Source of the DNA: Felis catus | Taxonomy: Eukaryota | Length of the DNA stretch: 64,000 bases | Assembly (NCBI RefSeq): GCF_018350175.1 | Contig: NC_058368.1 | Coordinates: 103,604,001 to 103,668,000, forward strand | Reading direction: 5' to 3' | In this document: in pieces, positions 13,172 to 25,602 of the stretch | Numbering within the stretch: the stretch's first letter is position 1 | Layout of the letters: the number at the start of each line of letters is the position of its first letter | Position numbers and translations under genes: made by a program | The notes under the pieces: generated by a model | Databases searched by the model: none | What the model was told of the DNA's origin: nothing | Seen by the model: only the letters and a program-made list of their open reading frames with translations

Positions 13172-13620
13172 GGGTTTTTTTTTAATGTTTTACTTGTTTT
13201 TTTTTTTAATTTTTTTTAATGTTTATTTTTGAGACAGAGAGAGACAGAGCATGAATGTGGGAGGTGCAGAGAGAGAGGGAGACACAGAATCAGAAGCAGG
13301 CTCCAGGCTCTGAGCCACCAGCCCAGAGCCTGACACGGGGCTTGAACTCATGAACTGTGAGATCGTGACCTGAGCTGAAGTCGGATGCTCAACTGACTGA
13401 GCCACCCAGGCGCCCCATTGTTTTACTTGTTTTTGAGAGACAAAGAGAGAGCATGAGTCGAGGAGGGGCAGAGAGAGAGAGGGAGACACAGAATCTGAAG
13501 CAGGCTCCAGGCTCTGAGCTGTCAGTACAGAGCCCCATGCCAGGCTCAAACCCACAAACTGTGGGATCATGACCTGAGCTGAAGTCGGATGCTTAACTGA
13601 CTGAGCCATCCAGGTGCCCC
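13172..13620 (-). mobile_element. Can-SINE (outer) with a second SINE nested in its tail
   Basis: TSD AGGAATTCTGAT at 13160-13171 and 13621-13632. Confidence 0.95.
13201..13416 (-). mobile_element. Can-SINE (inner, nested)
   Basis: TSD A(A/T)TGTTTTACTTGTTTT at 13184-13200 and from 13417. Confidence 0.95.
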
Positions 13621-15037
13621 AGGAATTCTGATAGTTTTAATAATAGATGTTAGGTAATTTATGCTATAAATGCGTTAATACATGAAACTTACTCTATGAC
13701 ATCCCTAAGGGATCATCTACATCATTTGCTGATGTTTGCATTTTAACCCATGAGAATAAAAAGTTCAACCATGCAGAGTAGAGGATGGCTTCAACAGAAA
13801 CAAGTTTTTTTTCTGGATTCTATACGAAAGTGGCAGCAAAGTTCTGAAGATAAAGCTGCTGTCATCAGTATCTGTCCCCACTTGCAAAGATGTGCTATCT
13901 AGTTTATATTTGTTATCCTATATCCCTTAGATACATACTGGGCTATTGGCCATTGCATGTCCTTTTTGTCATAAAACAGTTTACTACATGACCCTAACTG
14001 TTGCATCAAATCTAAGTAATTCAGATATATGACTGACATAATGATTCTAGCCCATGTCGTACTTTCACTGCTAAAGATGTGGCATAAAACCATAAGATTT
14101 TAATGTCAATGCAGCACAGGATTTTTTGCACAACAGACTGGAGACCTCTGACGATGAACATCTCTATATGAGGAGCAAAGATCACACTGGTAGGCTGACT
14201 CTTCCCCCAGTAGTGTCATGGCTATGGATGCTGCTATTCAGACATAATGGTGACAGAGCATTCAAAAGGTACTCCTCTGAGGAAAGGAGACTCATCTGTA
14301 ACAGAACTCCCATGATGAGGCAAATATCAAAAATCTTTACATTCTACGATCAGATCAATCTCTGTCTTCATTACACCTTTCCAAGATGCCAAGTTATCAC
14401 AAATTTTACAAAAGAAACGCTAGCACGTGTTAGAGCCAACAATACCTTTCTGGTCACTGCTGGGAAAACAAAAGGGGTTGGCTCTCATCCTGATTCTTCT
14501 ATTTAGTTAAACTCAGGGCAATTGTTCTCCATTTCATTTAATCAGAAACTATTTATTCAGGATCAACTATGAGCTGGATAGTACTTGGTACTACAGAGAT
14601 GATATTTAAAAACAAACAAAAACTCTAAAGTAACCCCTCTTCCTTTATGGAACTGATAATCTAGGGGAGGAGACAGATGAACAAATATTCCCACACTTAT
14701 AGAGGCTATTTGTCTTTAACAAGTTTTCCCAGTTTTCAAACCAGCTCAATTTAATCATTCAGGGGAAAACAACTTATTTATAAAAAAGAATTGAATTTCA
14801 CAAGCCACAAATTTTTCTGATGTTACTGGACAGCATTAACATTACAGACATGGCTTGTAGTTTTTTAAAAAATGTTGACATTTTTCTATACACCAAACAC
14901 CACATATACACCAGAATATGCCTACAATCTCTTGCTGGCTATGCTTCAGGTTAAAGAAAATGAGACCTCCATTCCACTATTTCCCTGTCCTGTCTGCTTA
15001 TTCCCAAGATCAAACTTTAATTAAAAAATTGTGTACC

Positions 15038-15899
15038 TGGGATTGCAAGCTGGTGCAGCCACTCTGGAAAACAGTATGGAGGTTCCTCAAAAAACTAAAA
15101 ACAGAACTACCCTACCACCCAGCAATTGCACTACTAGGCATTTATCCACGGGCTACAGGGGTGCTGTTTCGAAGGGACACATGCACCCCCAGGTTTATAG
15201 CAGCACTATCAACAATAGCCAAAGTATGGAAAGAGCCCAATGTCCATCAATGGATGAATGGATAAAGAAGATGTGGTATATATATACAATGGAGTATGAC
15301 TCGGCAATCAAAAAGAATGAAATCTCGCCCTTTGCAACTACGTGGATGGAACTGGAGGGTTTTACGCTAAGTGAAATTAGTCAGAGAAAGACAAAAATCA
15401 TATGACTTCACTCATATGAGGACTTTAAGATACAAAACAGATGAACCTAAGGGAAGGGAAGCAAAAATAATATAAAAACAGGGAGTGGGACAGGGGCACC
15501 TAGGTGGCTCAGTCTGTTAAGCGTCCAACTTCAGCTCAGGTAATGATCTTGTGGTTTGTGAGTTTGAGCCCTGAGTCGGGCTCTGTGCTGACAGCTCAGA
15601 GCCTGGAGCCTGCTTCCGATTCTGTGTCTCCCTCTCTCTCTGCCCCTCCCCCACTCACATTCTATCTCTCTCTCCTTCAAAAATAAATAAACATTAAAAA
15701 ATTTTAAAAAAACAGGGAGTGGGACAAAACAGAAGAGACTCATAAACATGGAGAACAAACAGAGGGTTACTGGAGGGGTTGTGGGAGGGGGGATGGGCAA
15801 AATGGGTAAGGGGCATTAAGGAATCTACTCCTGAAATCACTGTTGCACTATAGGCTAACTAATTTGGGTGTAATTTTTTAAAATATAAAATTAAAATAA
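15038..15899 (+). mobile_element. 5'-truncated carnivore/felid LINE-1 (ORF2 C-terminus + 3'UTR)
   Basis: Frameshifted ORF2 peptides CKLVQPLWKTVWRFLKKLK..PAIALLGIYP and CPSMDEWIKKMWYIYTMEY; G-rich 3'UTR; A-tail; TSD AAAAAATTGT(G/A)TACC at 15023-15037 and 15900-15914. Confidence 0.96.
15493..15707 (+). mobile_element. Can-SINE nested in L1 3'UTR
   Basis: Perfect TSD AAAAACAGGGAGTGGGACA at 15474-15492 and 15708-15726. Confidence 0.97.
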
Positions 15900-17480
15900 A
15901 AAAAATTGTATACCACTAGTTTACATCTTTTCTTCCCTTAATTTTGAAATCTGAAAGTAAGCACTTGAAATTTGTCATGACAAAGTACATTATGTCACAG
16001 ATGCGAGTGGGAACCCTCAATAATCTCTGAACCAGGAATTTTATCTCTATTGGCAAATTCCCTCTTTCATGAACGCTTTACCTATTTCATACATAAAGTA
16101 TTGTAGGGAATATTGACCAGCATGTAGCCTGTCCACATTTCTGTAGATGACTTACATTTCAGAATTTAAAAGAATTCTAGAATTGTGAGTTCTGATGGAA
16201 TCAGCAATATTACAATGCCAGATCTTCGGTTAAACACTTTTGTGAAAATTAAACATGATTTAAATTCTAGTTTTTATAATTTATTTCTCCCTGCTACCAT
16301 CATACAAAACCTCTATTAATATGCTGTGAAATGAGACATCTACAGCATCGCTAGGAAAAGCCTTTAAGTGGTAATCCTTCTGAATCCTTTCTTGTAATAG
16401 TGGAACATTTGCTGTACAAAACCAATGAAATTCACACAGGCTGCTATGGAGTAGTGGAGCGATTATTACAGCATTTTTTTTCCCAAAGTACCTTAGGCTT
16501 TAGATGATTAGAGAATAGTCTTATGTTTTAAACTTCCTGCCAACAATGTGGCTTTTAGTTGCATTGGATTGAGGACAAATTGTAATATAATGTATGTTGA
16601 CAGTTTAATAACATGGGTTACTATCCTTGGTGTACTTTATGATGTAATACATCCTTATAGGTGTCTCCAGAGAATTGTGCTATGATTTTCAAGGCACAGA
16701 AAATTCAATGAACTAAAACAGTCTGAGTAAGATTTCTGCCTTCTGTATACTTTGGACATTTTCCTAAAAAATAAATAAGTGCTACCCTTCTAAAATATTT
16801 TTTTGACATGCCTTTTCTGTTTTTCTTCTCAAGCTGTAGATTTTAAGATTGGAATGGTACAATTCTTATTAAATTATACATTAAAAATATAAAAGTCTCT
16901 TTCTTTATATAATAAACAGTCTTTTTCAGGTCTCAGAGGTAAAGTTCCCTTTCTATAAAAAGCTATAATTGTGGTTTTCAAAAATCTCATTAAATATTTA
17001 GATCTTTTAGAGCACAAGTGTTTTCTGTTGAAGTTTAAACACATTTAGGCTAATTATTTCTAATGTTTTGACCATTGTACAAATACTTATAGTATTAAAC
17101 AGCTAATAGCATAAAACAAAACATCAAGTCTTATATGCAGAATTCATATAATTACTCCTGGATTTTCTTTTCATCAAGATATTTTTGGGTAAGACAAAAA
17201 TGGCAATATAATGTATTTTTAAAGTGATATGAAATATTATTAAATGAACACAAGACTCAATACAGATGTTACTTCATATAGCCTTATCTCCTCTTTGTTT
17301 GCATTTACATGACTATAAACACAAAACAATATTTAAATTCTTAAGCACACTAAACCCACTGTGATTCTGTGATGGACAATTGTTTGGTATTTTAGTGATT
17401 TACAGAAAAGAAAACATACTACAATATTTGAAAAGAAATATTCTCTCAATACTACTTTATTTTAAAAATAAGAAAAAAGA

Positions 17481-17696
17481 GGGTCGCCTGAGTGGCTCAG
17501 TTGGTTAAGCATCCAACTCTTGGATTCAGCTCAGGTCATGACCTCATGGTTCTGTGAATTCGAGCCCTGTATCAGGCTCGTCGTGGACAGTGCAGAGCCT
17601 GGTTGGGATTCTCTCTCTCTCCCCTCTGTCTCTGCCCCTATCCTGTTTGCACTCTCTCTCTCTCAAAATAAATGAACTTTAAAAAAATTATTTTTA
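17481..17696 (+). mobile_element. Can-SINE (older) hosting a younger SINE in its tail
   Basis: SINE head, (CT)n, A-rich tail. Confidence 0.93.
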
Positions 17697-17914
17697 GGGG
17701 AGCCTGGGTGGCTTGGTCGGTTAAGCGTCTGACTTTGGCTCAGGTCACGATCTCGCGGTCCGGGAGTTCGAGCCCCGCGTCAGGCTCTGTGCTGAGAGCT
17801 CAGAGTCTGGAGCCTGTTTCGGATTCTGTGTCTCCCTCTCTCTCTGACCCTCCCTCGTTCATGCTCTGTCTCTCTCTGTCTCAAAAATAAATAAACGTTA
17901 AAAAAATTTTTTAA
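17697..17914 (+). mobile_element. Young Can-SINE
   Basis: CpG-rich body; TAAAAAAATT(A)TTTTTA flanks both sides. Confidence 0.95.
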
Positions 17915-18050
17915 ATAAATAGATAGATATGTAATTTTTAAAAATTAAAAAAAGACTCAGTAATTTTATTATCTACCTATAAGGTGAAAGCACAGAAAAT
18001 GACTATAAATCACTATTTTCCACAGCTACCATCCTTTATACAACCCTCTC

Positions 18051-18265
18051 TCTTTTCTTAAAAAGTTTTATGTATTTATTTTGTGAAAGAGAACACGAGT
18101 GAATAGGGGAGGGGCAGAGAGAGAGGGGAAAAGAGAGAGAATCCCAAGGAGTCTCCATGCTGTCAGCACGGAGCCCAACGTGGGGCTTGACCCCACGAAC
18201 CGTGATATCATGACCTCGCCAAAACCAAGAGTCAGACACTCAACAGACTTAGCCACCCAGGCACC
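18051..18265 (-). mobile_element. Can-SINE
   Basis: Reverse SINE; ACAA(C/T)CCTCTCT flanks. Confidence 0.94.
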
Positions 18266-18383
18266 ACAATCCTCTCTTTAAAAAAAAAAACTAGACGATA
18301 TGGGAATAGAGAAGAGCATAAAAACAAGTTTCCTGTCCTAAAAGTAATACAGTCATTTTTTATGAATTTTATAGTCATTTGTT

Positions 18384-18600
18384 GCAGATACTATGCAAAA
18401 TATTTGACATACATTATTTCTTCTAGTGCTCCAAGGAACCCCAGAGGATAGGCTCCTTATTATTATCTTCATTTTACAGGTGAGGAAAGAGGAGCGAGAA
18501 AGGTCAGTGGTTCGCCTAAGATTTCAAAGTCCATAGCGGTGGCATTAGGATTCTAAGTGAAGTATTCAGAATTCAGAACCTGGAACATACTGCTCCTCAC
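18384..18600 (-). mobile_element. MIR SINE
   Basis: TATTATCTTCATTTTACAGGTGAGGAAA...CGCCTAAGAT core. Confidence 0.8.
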
Positions 18601-18640
18601 TGGCCAAGTAATTGATTTAGATTTTTTAAATGTGTGTGTG

Positions 18641-18873
18641 GAGAGTGCCTGGTGGCTCAGTCAGTTAAGTGTCCAACTCTTGGTTTCGGCTCAGGTCATG
18701 ATTTCATGACTTTGTGGGTTCGAGCCCCACATTGGGCTCCGCACTGACAGCATGGAGTCTGTTTGGATTCTCTCTCTCTCTCTGCCTCTCTCTCTCTCTC
18801 TCTGCCCCTCCCTCATTTGTGTTGTCTCTGTCTCTCTCAAAATAAATAAATAAACTTGAAAAAAAAATTTTAA
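18641..18873 (+). mobile_element. Can-SINE
   Basis: SINE head, B-box GGGTTCGAGCCC, (CT)n, tail. Confidence 0.94.
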
Positions 18874-21116
18874 ATGCATAAGTGGGTATTGTGATGAAAG
18901 ATGACACAAGCCATTGCAAGGAATACTAAACGGATACGGATTTTATTTATTGTGTGTTTGAGAACTAAGAAAGTCAATCATTTGGGAAATCTGTTCTGAA
19001 ATCCCTTCCTTTCATAATGTTCACCCAACAACTCAACATTCTCGCTCTTGAAACTCATGCTAAATTATCTCATTGTTACCATTGTCACTGCATTTTCTAG
19101 AGGCAACTCAGAACCAGACTGTCTATGTGTTCAAAGCAAACATATATAAAATAATCAAGGTTTTTGTGAAGCCCTTGAGAGCTGACAGAAGGTGATGTGA
19201 AAAATAAATTGCAGTAGAGTGTGAGGCTCAAACGAGAAAAAAAAAAATCGTGCACTTGAATTCTAGCCTACAATGAACTTTTTCGGTTCCAACGTCTTTG
19301 TTTCTTTTTCTAATTTTTTTGGCCCAAAGTTTGTGTGCTTTCCTCCTCCTGGGGCAGGCCTGGTTGGAAGAAGTCCCAGCAGAGAGCAGAGGTCTGAGGA
19401 TTATTGAAGTGGTTTTCTTTTTAATCACTTATAAAAACAGAGACAAAGCCAATCACCATCCATGTGATTTGTTCCAAGTCACCAGCCCTCTAAATTCCCC
19501 AAAGAAAGCTAGCATCAGCACTTTTCCAACAGCGTGGTATTTTGAGCTTCACTCATGTTTGAGGACCATACTGCTCTGAGAAGGGGAGGGAGGCCGAGAA
19601 AAAAATATTACTTGGACACATTAATAAAATGGAGAACGTAGTTAAACTATCATGCTCGAGCACAGGGTATATGCCTATGTGTCTCTTTCCTAGCACTTAG
19701 AAAATTTATTCTCGCTTTATTTCCTGGTTGATGAAGCTTAACACAATTTCTATTCCTTCCTCTCATAGCCTCTGATTTTTCTTCCGTGGGGTTTGCAATC
19801 AGAAAGTACTCCTTAAAAGCTAAATTAGGAACAGAAGATGAAGAGACTGAGATAAATCTGATTGCACTGGTCCTCACTAAAATGTAATTAACTAGCATTT
19901 AAATAAACACTCCCTAAGCAATTGCAGAGAAAGGGGCAAAGCTTTGAAAGAGGAATCACAAATTTAACACCCTAGTGGCCAAGCCTTTGGAATGGTCATT
20001 GATTTCACTCTAAGTGAAGCCCCCCCCCCCCCCGAAAACAACAAAAATCCTAACGCTGAGCACAAAGGATTCATTTCATTTTACCATGTATTTGCTATTT
20101 TCAAGACTTTAGCCCAGGTGACAAGCTTTCATTCCCACCCACCTCAACCTCAACCAACCCACCCCCACGTTAGCAAAGCAATCTGTAAACTCAAACCACA
20201 TGTTTTCCATTTCTTTTCCTCTCTCAGAAACATCAGCCAGCTCCGTCAAGCACAGGCAAAGTGCCAGCCGCAGCAAGATTACGCTAACCCCGAGATGTGG
20301 GAGTTGGCTGTGTTCCTCTGAGGCTTGCACAGAATGGTATTAAAAGTAATGAACACACAGAGAGACCCTGCAGCGCGGGACGTGGTTTGTGTTTATGCCT
20401 CATTGGAACACTGTGGGTATTAGCAACTCTTCCAAATCTGCATGTGCAAGGTGTCCTCTCGTTTTGCACATGTACGGACTCACTTCTCAATGTATTTAGG
20501 CTTCTTTCCCTTTCAAATGTCCACTCCTCCCCCTCCAACCCTGCATCTGTCCTTCCTCCTTCCCTCTCCCCACTAACTATACTCTAACCAATTTGGTGGA
20601 AGCTTTTCAGCCCCTTTCTGAACAAGGTCCCCACTTCCTTGGTGCAGATAATGCCCAGGGTTACATCCTGAGGTGATATGGACAGCATGAAAAATTTTAA
20701 ATTTGACTGCATACTTTCACTATAGGTAGAATACCTAGGATCTAAACTAAAGGTTTATTAATGCATAAAATGCAGCTTAAGATCACAAATAGTAAGTACC
20801 TAGTAGTTTGTTTGGAATATTCACGGCCCTTAAGAACACTGAAGAGACCCTGCCCACATAGTCTTATGTTCAAAAATGTACACAAAGGCTAGGTATACTA
20901 AGAGAATTTTAAACTAGAAAGAATCAGTAGTCCAACATTTACTATTTATCGAGACTTATGATTGTTGTCCAGTAAGGAAACTGACATAATTGTTAACTTT
21001 ATGAAGAAGACAAACAAAATTAAAAAGGCACTGTAGTAATTTTCTTGGTCTCTTCCATCTAGTGATGCTTTACTTGCACTTCCATTCTGTAGGAGACCCA
21101 GGAAACACAATATTTT

Positions 21117-21948
21117 TTTTTAATATATATAGTTGATTGTCAAGTTAGCTAACATACAGTGTATACGGTATGCTCTTGGTTTGGGGGATAGATTCCCGTG
21201 ATTCATTGCGTACATACAACACCCAGTGCTCATCCAAACAAGTGCCCTCCTCGATGCCCATCACCCATTTTTCCCCCCTCTCTCCACCGTCAACCCTCAG
21301 TTTGTTGTCCGCATTCAAGAGTCTCTTATGATTTCCCTCCCTCTCTGTTTGAAACTATTTTTCCCCTTCCCTTCCCCCATGGTCCTCCATTAAGTTTCTC
21401 AAGTTCCACATATGAGTGAAAACATATGATCTGTCTTGCTCTGACTGACTTATTTCACTCAGCATCATACCCTCCAGTTCCACCCACATTGTTGCAAATG
21501 GCAAGATTTCACTCTTTCTCATTGCCAAGTAGTATCCATTGTATATATAAACCACATCTTCTTTATCCATTCATCATTTGATGGACATTGGGGCTCTTTC
21601 CATCATTTGGCTACTTTTGAAAGCACTGCTAATAAACACTGGGGTACATGTGCCCCTATGAATCAGCACTCATGTATCCTTTGGATAAATTCCTAGTAGT
21701 GCTATTGCTGGTAGGGTAATTCTATTTTTGATTTTTTTGAGGGACCTCCACACTGTTTTCCAGAGCAGCTGCACCAGTGTGCATTTGCACCAACAGTGCA
21801 AGAGGGTTTCTATTTCTTCACATCCTCGCCAGCTTCTGTTGTTTCCTGAGTTGTTCACTTTAGTCACTCTGACTGGTGTGAGGTGGTATCTCAGTGTGGT
21901 TTTGATTTGTATTTCCCGGATGATGAATGATGTTGAGCGTCTTTTCAT
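21117..21948 (-). mobile_element. 5'-truncated carnivore LINE-1 (ORF2 C-terminus + 3'UTR)
   Basis: Minus-strand peptides IREIQIKTTLRYHLTPVR, LWKTVWR, PAIALLGIYPKDT, EILPFATMWVELEG; degenerate TSD AGGAAA(C/T)ACA(A/C)TATTTT at 21100-21116 and 21949-21965. Confidence 0.96.
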
Positions 21949-23218
21949 AGGAAATACACTATTTTAAATAGCTTGTGAAATAACAAGGCAACAACAATAC
22001 AATCCGGAAATCAAGAGCACCATGACACAACTTTCCCTAGCAGGTGACTACAATCCATTGAGGGGACCCTCTGAATAAAACTAGAATATATGTGCATCTA
22101 CCAAAGCTTTGGCACAGGGCTGAATGAATTCGTTGTGAAATTAAACCTGTTCTTGGAAGAAAAGAAGTCACTAGAAAACCCGTGGTCATTACATGGTTAA
22201 TATTAGTCACCTAATAGTAAGGTTACTTCCTATGACTGTGAAGCTACAATGATTTCTTTACACATAATAGCAATGTACTCAGTAAGGAACGGATTACATT
22301 ACAGTTATAGGAGCTATTGCAAAGCCCTAAATATATCATTGGCAGGGCTCCTCCAAGTTGAAAGTGCTGATATGCAATACACATCAGCTCTGGCTTGCCT
22401 TGTCTTGTTAGGTAAACAAAATGTGTCTTGCCTGTCATTGTCATAAAATATTAATGCACTGGAAGTCTCTAAACCTTGCTAAGCATAAGGCCTATTATCA
22501 CACTTAAGAGCAAAGCAATCTAATAAATCGCTGGCTGTATAAAAACTAAGTCAGCTGGCAGAGACGGTAATCTCCCTAAGGGATAGTAAGAGCCTCATCT
22601 TCAACTACAGCAGCTGCAGTTCCAGAGAAATTATGTTTCTTCTGCTTAGTAAAAATACATTTGTGCTGAATTCTGTTATTTAAACTCTAATGGAATCATT
22701 AGGAATATCCATACATTATGAGTAATAGAAAATTAACTAAGAAAATCATCTACGGTGCTGTCATGTAATAGGCACAGTATTTTTATTAGGCTTGAATTTT
22801 GGACGGCTAAGTCTGATGAGAAAATCAAGCTGCTTATTTCTAATACCCATCTTGAAAGAGTATGAACCCCCAACTCATACATAAATAATCATGTGTAAAC
22901 ACTGAGCACTGAACTACTATCCCTAATTGAAGGCAACTCACTCGTTTCCCCCTGGTATGAGGTCCTTGAGGCAGTATGTAAATATAAGTGCAATACTGTT
23001 GCTATATACCTGAAAAAAAGTTACAAAATTGCTTTTATGTTGCTATTTTATGCTACACCTAACCAACCTCCAAAAACCATAGGAAAGAAATATTTCAAAA
23101 GGGACCATACCTTTACTTACCCCACCCATACACACACATTGAATTAGTTAAATCAACATGTTTCAGTAAGAGAGAAAAGATGAGCCGATAGATTTTTAAA
23201 ATAGTTTTTAAAATAACA

Positions 23219-23420
23219 GGGACACCTGGGTGGCTTAATGAGTTAAGCATCTGAGGCTTGATTTCAGCTCAGGTCATGATCTCCTGGCTGATGGGATTGA
23301 GCCCCATGACAGGCTCTGTGCTGATGGTGCTTAGCCTGCTTGGGATTCTCTCTTTCCCTCTCTCAACTCCTCCCTGGCTAGCTCTCCCCACCCCTGCCAC
23401 TTTAAATAAATAAATAAACA
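23219..23420 (+). mobile_element. Can-SINE (diverged)
   Basis: GGGACACCTGGGTGGCTT head, tail AAATAAATAAA. Confidence 0.9.
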
Positions 23421-23423
23421 CAA

Positions 23424-23501
23424 GGGCCCCTGAATGGTTCAGATGGTTAAGCGTCCAACTTCGGCTCAGGTCATGATCTCACGGTTCTGGGGTTCAAGCC
23501 C
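23424..23501 (+). mobile_element. Can-SINE 5' part only (3'-truncated)
   Basis: Head through B-box GGGTTCAAGCCC, then an abrupt switch to unique DNA. Confidence 0.88.
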
Positions 23502-23743
23502 AAAGGACTATAGTGGTGTGAAAAGTTGGTCTGAAAGTTACCCATTTGCTGAATAAATGCTGATCAGATCACCAGTTGACAGCACAACCTACCTCTGAGT
23601 TCCTAGCACTGATGTTATTTGTTCAGTCAGCACACAACCTGTTCCATGGGCTACGTAAGGTGAGCTGCTGACGTTACAGAGGCAATTAACACGCAATGGC
23701 TAGCCTCGAGGTTTCCATACCTTTGTTAAGAAAAATTCATCTA

Positions 23744-23945
23744 GGGGCACCTGGATGGCTCAGTGTGTTGAGCATTAGACTTCAGGTCAGGTCATGATCC
23801 CATGGTTTCTGGGTTCAAGCCCCATGTTGGGCTCTGTGCTGACAGCTCGGAGCCTAGAGCCTGCTTGGGATCCTGTGTCTCCCTCTCTCTCTGCCCCTCC
23901 CCCGCTCATGCTCTGTCTCTTAAAAATAAATGAATAAATGTCAAA
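23744..23945 (+). mobile_element. Can-SINE
   Basis: Full SINE body and tail. Confidence 0.94.
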
Positions 23946-24590
23946 GAAAATTAAGTTAAACCATGCACTCAGCTATGTTAATAATAAGGACAAAGTGCTC
24001 AGTGACACATAAGATGCAAAATATATATATGTATTTCTTAATTTTCTGAAATCAAATCTAATCCGGATTCCAAGACTTTATTTGCCACTGACGGCAAGAA
24101 GGGCAATAGCAGCCACATTGGTGCCTTTCTTCTTTTCCTTTTCGGCAGATCACCTTGAGCCTCAGCATAAGGTGGCCATTCTTCCTGTCATAGTTCATTC
24201 CAGGCCAGGAGGCTGATCAAGCACTGCCCCTCAGAGCTGAGTCGCCTCCCCTCGTCAGATCTTTGTCAAAACTTCCAGGGAACAACCACCACTCACTGGC
24301 CAGTTTTGACTACTCTCCACAATGTCTCACTTTAAAGCATGACGTCCAAATGAGTTTCCATTTTCGACCTCCCCAAAACCTGCAACATTATTTGTCTGCC
24401 TCTCTCCTTTCTTCTTTATTGGTAATTATCCTCTCATTAACACTACCTGTTCATTCTTACTAGGTAAAAGAGCTGATAGTTCTACCTTGATTGCTTCCTG
24501 TAACAGTTGAGTAGAAGAGTGCAGAGAAGTGCCGAATGACTCATCAAGTCAGGCTCCATACCCTCAAGTTAGAAAATACCTGTTTACCAA

Positions 24591-24798
24591 GGGGCGCCTG
24601 GAGGGCTCAGGCAATTAAGCATCCGATTAAGCCTCCAACTTCGGCTTAGGTCGGGATTTCATGGTTCATGAGTTTGGGCCCTACCTTGGGCTCTGTGCTA
24701 ACAGCTGGAAGCCTGGAAGCCTACTTCGGATTCTGTGTCTCCGTCTCTCTGCCCCTCCCCGTCCTCTAAAAAAATATATAAACATTAAAAATTAAAAA
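24591..24798 (+). mobile_element. Can-SINE
   Basis: TSD AAAATACCTGTTTACC at 24573-24588 and 24799-24814. Confidence 0.95.
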
Positions 24799-24868
24799 AA
24801 AATACCTGTTTACCTATTCTGAGGCAAAAAGGAAAAATAAAAGTCACTTCAAAAAAAATGCAGTACTA

Positions 24869-25113
24869 GGGGCGCCTGGGTGGCTCGGTCGGTTAAGCGG
24901 TCGACTTCGGCTCAGGTCATAATCTCGAGGTCCGTGAGTTTGAGCCCCGAGTCGGGCTCTGTGCTGACAGCTCAGAGCCTGGAGCCTGTTTCAGATTCTG
25001 TGTCTCCCTCTCTCTGACCCTCCCCTGTTCATGCTCTGTCTCTCCCTGTCTCAAAAAGAAAAAACAAAACAAAACAAACAAACAAACAAAAAAAACATTA
25101 AAAAAAAGTTAAA
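24869..25113 (+). mobile_element. Young Can-SINE
   Basis: Perfect TSD AAAAAAAATGCAGTACTA at 24851-24868 and 25114-25131. Confidence 0.97.
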
Positions 25114-25239
25114 AAAAAAAATGCAGTACTACTCTCCTGTTCCCCAAGGATGAAGCCCCTTCCTTTACAGGCAGCAGAAAATAAATAACATGGCTGATGT
25201 ACATATGCATCCTGCAGTTTTAAATTCTCAATATCTCAC

Positions 25240-25602
25240 CCTGTTACTCCTATACCACCAGCACTCCGGAAGCACATAGATGAATTTCTAAGTTCTTCAA
25301 CTCCACCATGCTCTTTCACGATCCCATTTCCATATCTGTACATGACATTTTCTCTCCTGGAATGAAAATGCTGAATTTTCAAGGCTCAGTTCATATGTCA
25401 ACATTTCTGTTAATTAATTACTAACTTCTCCATGCAAAAAGACACTCTCTTCACTTCTATAGCATATTAATATTACTGCTATCATATACTCGAGATTATG
25501 TTGTAATTATCTGTTTACTTGACTGTCTGTACCCCAGATTAATATCTCCTAGAGAACACACAATATTTCTATTTTACAAGTACGTTTCCAGGAGCACACA
25601 GT
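25240..25602 (+). mobile_element. L2 LINE 3' fragment
   Basis: CACCATGCTCTTTCAC...CCTGGAATG...TTCAAGGCTCAGTTCA...GTAATTATCTGTTTACTTGACTGTCT. Confidence 0.7.

Noticed and set aside
14126..14506. 126-aa ORF in unique DNA
   Set aside because: TTG start, no recognisable domain, no exon context; chance-level length.
14918..15405. ORFs with L1 ORF2 C-terminal motifs
   Set aside because: Frameshifted part of a 5'-truncated L1, reported as a mobile element.
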